Below the pieces are notes generated by a model. It made no database searches, was not told the origin of the DNA, and worked only from the letters and a program-made list of their open reading frames with translations. Made by a program: the position numbers and the translations under genes. A stretch of 64,000 nucleotides of DNA from an uncultured virus (IMG/VR IMGVR_UViG_3300044946_000014) (lineage: Duplodnaviria > Heunggongvirae > Uroviricota > Caudoviricetes), in IMG/VR virus record IMGVR_UViG_3300044946_000014; one strand, 5' to 3'. Of the stretch, positions 62,270-64,000 are shown one piece after another (the stretch's first letter is position 1; every line of letters begins with the position of its first letter).

Positions 62270-63049
62270 ATGGCAAACATTTTTCTCGATCTCGAAACGG
62301 TGCCGAGCCAAGATTCCGCCGTCCTCGAAGCGATTCGAGCCGATCTGCGCGAGAACTTCAAGGCTCCCTCCACGCTGACAAAGGAAAAGGCATGCGCCGA
62401 ACTGGGTATGATCGATCCGGACAAGATCAAGTACACGTCGAAGGATAAGGCGCTAGAGATGTGGGTCGAGCGCTTCCGCGACGAGAAGCTCGAAGAAACG
62501 GCGCAGGAGGAATTGCATAAAACCAGTTTTGATGGCGGCAACGGGCATATCGCCGTTTTCGGGCTAGCGATTGACGACGGCGACGTGCATTCATTTGCGA
62601 CGATGGATGCGGCTGGCGGGTTCGATATCAGTACTGAGTGCGCCATTGTCCGCGAGGCGTTCGATTCAATCTCGCATGCATTCGACCCATCCCGTGACAC
62701 ACGGCCCGTCTTCATCGGTCACAACATCACTGGCTTCGATCTGCGTTTTTTGTTTCAGCGTGCCGTCGTGCTGGGCATCAAGCCGCCGAGCATCATCCCT
62801 TTCAACGCCCGTCCGTGGGATGCGCACGTCTTCGACACGATGATCGCGTGGGCCGGCCTTGGCAACCGCGTGTCGCTCGACAATCTCTGCAAAGCATTGA
62901 GGATTGAAGGGAAGGGCGGTATCAGCGGTGCTGACGTCTGGCCGATGATCAAGGAAGGACGCATCGCGGAAGTGGCCGACTACTGCAAGCACGACGTCGA
63001 TATCACACGCGAGGCGTTTTATCGGCTCAGCTTCCAACAAGCCGCCTAA
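62270..63049 (+). CDS. PolB-like 3'-5' exonuclease (DEDD)
   Basis: FLDLET, GHNITGFDL, YCKHDV exo I-III motifs. Confidence 0.88.
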   Translation: MANIFLDLETVPSQDSAVLEAIRADLRENFKAPSTLTKEKACAELGMIDPDKIKYTSKDKALEMWVERFRDEKLEETAQEELHKTSFDGGNGHIAVFGLAIDDGDVHSFATMDAAGGFDISTECAIVREAFDSISHAFDPSRDTRPVFIGHNITGFDLRFLFQRAVVLGIKPPSIIPFNARPWDAHVFDTMIAWAGLGNRVSLDNLCKALRIEGKGGISGADVWPMIKEGRIAEVADYCKHDVDITREAFYRLSFQQAA

Positions 63050-63212
63050 TCTTCCCTCCACGCACCACCCACCCATACAGGAATAGGCCGACATAAGGGC
63101 GGCGTTTCTCCGAAGGGTGGAGTGGTGCGCCTATTTCCCCGTGGTGATTTGGCCCGCTGGTATAGGGGCCGATTTTTTGCCATTGATGCTGTTCTACTGA
63201 TTGAGGATGACG

Positions 63213-64000
63213 ATGACCCTCCGATTTGGATCGGTTTGCAGCGGTATTGAGGCGGCGAGCTGCGCCTGGCATCCGCTCGGCTTGCGCGCTGCATTCGTGA
63301 GCGAGATAGAACCGTTCCCGTCCGCTGTGCTGGCGCATCACTACCCGACCGTGCCGAACCTCGGCGACATGACCAAATTCAAGGAATGGCCCCATGCAGC
63401 TATTGATCTTCTCGTCGGCGGAACTCCCTGCCAAAGCTTTAGCGTCGCCGGACTTCGAAAGGGACTGGCTGACCCGCGTGGCAACCTCATGCTCACCTAT
63501 CTTGCCATTGCTGAGCGCTACGCTCCCCGCTGGCTGGTCTGGGAAAACGTCCCCGGTGTGCTGTCGTCCAACGGCGGACGGGATTTTGGTGCCTTCCTCG
63601 GGACGCTGGCGCAGCTCGGGTATGGGTTCGCATACCGGGTTCTTGACGCTCAGTTCTTCGGAGTGGCCCAGCGACGCCGTCGTGTGTTCGTTGTCGGACA
63701 TCTTGGAGACTGGCGACGTGCCGCAGCGGTACTTTTTGAGCGCGAAAGCCTGCTCGGGAATCCTGCGCCGAGCCGCGAAACGGGGAAAGGAATTGCCCCC
63801 ACCCTTAGCGCGCGCACTAAAGGCGGTGGCGGACTCGGAACCGACTTCGACTGTGACGGCGGCTTGATTGCTGGAGCCCTCTGCGCTGACTCGCACCCCG
63901 GTTCGTACAGTGGACAAGACGCCTATACCGGGCGCCTTGTCGCGCACGCACTCTGCGGCGAAGGATTCGACGCAAGCGAAGATGGCACGGGACGAGGCAC
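63213..64000 (+). CDS. DNA cytosine-5 methyltransferase (alpha chain; runs off window)
   Basis: FGSVCSGIEA motif I, SEIE, GD, GGTPCQSFS motif IV, WENVPG motif VI, QRRRRVF motif VIII. Confidence 0.92.
   Translation, partial: MTLRFGSVCSGIEAASCAWHPLGLRAAFVSEIEPFPSAVLAHHYPTVPNLGDMTKFKEWPHAAIDLLVGGTPCQSFSVAGLRKGLADPRGNLMLTYLAIAERYAPRWLVWENVPGVLSSNGGRDFGAFLGTLAQLGYGFAYRVLDAQFFGVAQRRRRVFVVGHLGDWRRAAAVLFERESLLGNPAPSRETGKGIAPTLSARTKGGGGLGTDFDCDGGLIAGALCADSHPGSYSGQDAYTGRLVAHALCGEGFDASEDGTGRG
63394..63867 (+). CDS. alternative-frame beta polypeptide of the C5 methyltransferase
   Basis: 157-aa +1-frame ORF nested in the MTase ending SLSDILE...RYFLSAKACSGILRRA.KRGK.LP..L..AL. Confidence 0.7.
   Translation: MQLLIFSSAELPAKALASPDFERDWLTRVATSCSPILPLLSATLPAGWSGKTSPVCCRPTADGILVPSSGRWRSSGMGSHTGFLTLSSSEWPSDAVVCSLSDILETGDVPQRYFLSAKACSGILRRAAKRGKELPPPLARALKAVADSEPTSTVTAA

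Overview
The window holds most of a temperate, lambdoid-organised myovirus with a contractile tail. The host is most likely Burkholderiales (Burkholderia/Paraburkholderia-like), judged from the tRNA-Sec att core and gene content. It is in the circular/excised arrangement: the early-left operon runs 53.7 kb to the end and continues from position 1 to xis/int, followed by an intact attP carrying the 3' part of tRNA-Sec. The minus strand carries cro-cII-O-P-nin-Q, a tRNA/structured-RNA cluster, terminase, head, tail, baseplate, fibre and an unusual lysis/envelope cassette. Highlights: (1) a diversity-generating retroelement (DGR) relic with two small early intracellular target genes whose variable regions show a clean adenine-mutagenesis signature, a truncated avd, and no TR or RT seen; (2) a 1.2-kb non-coding leader upstream of it with a type II hammerhead ribozyme and a tandem array of stem-closed RNA cassettes; (3) one ~65-aa module inserted six times into five virion proteins, once nested inside itself; (4) a Nudix domain fused to the head maturation protein; (5) a C5 methyltransferase with a second subunit in an alternative frame; (6) a signal-peptide-bearing tailspike-like protein, two lipoproteins and a lipase where spanins would be expected. 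All calls are by eye from motifs and synteny; no database searches were run.
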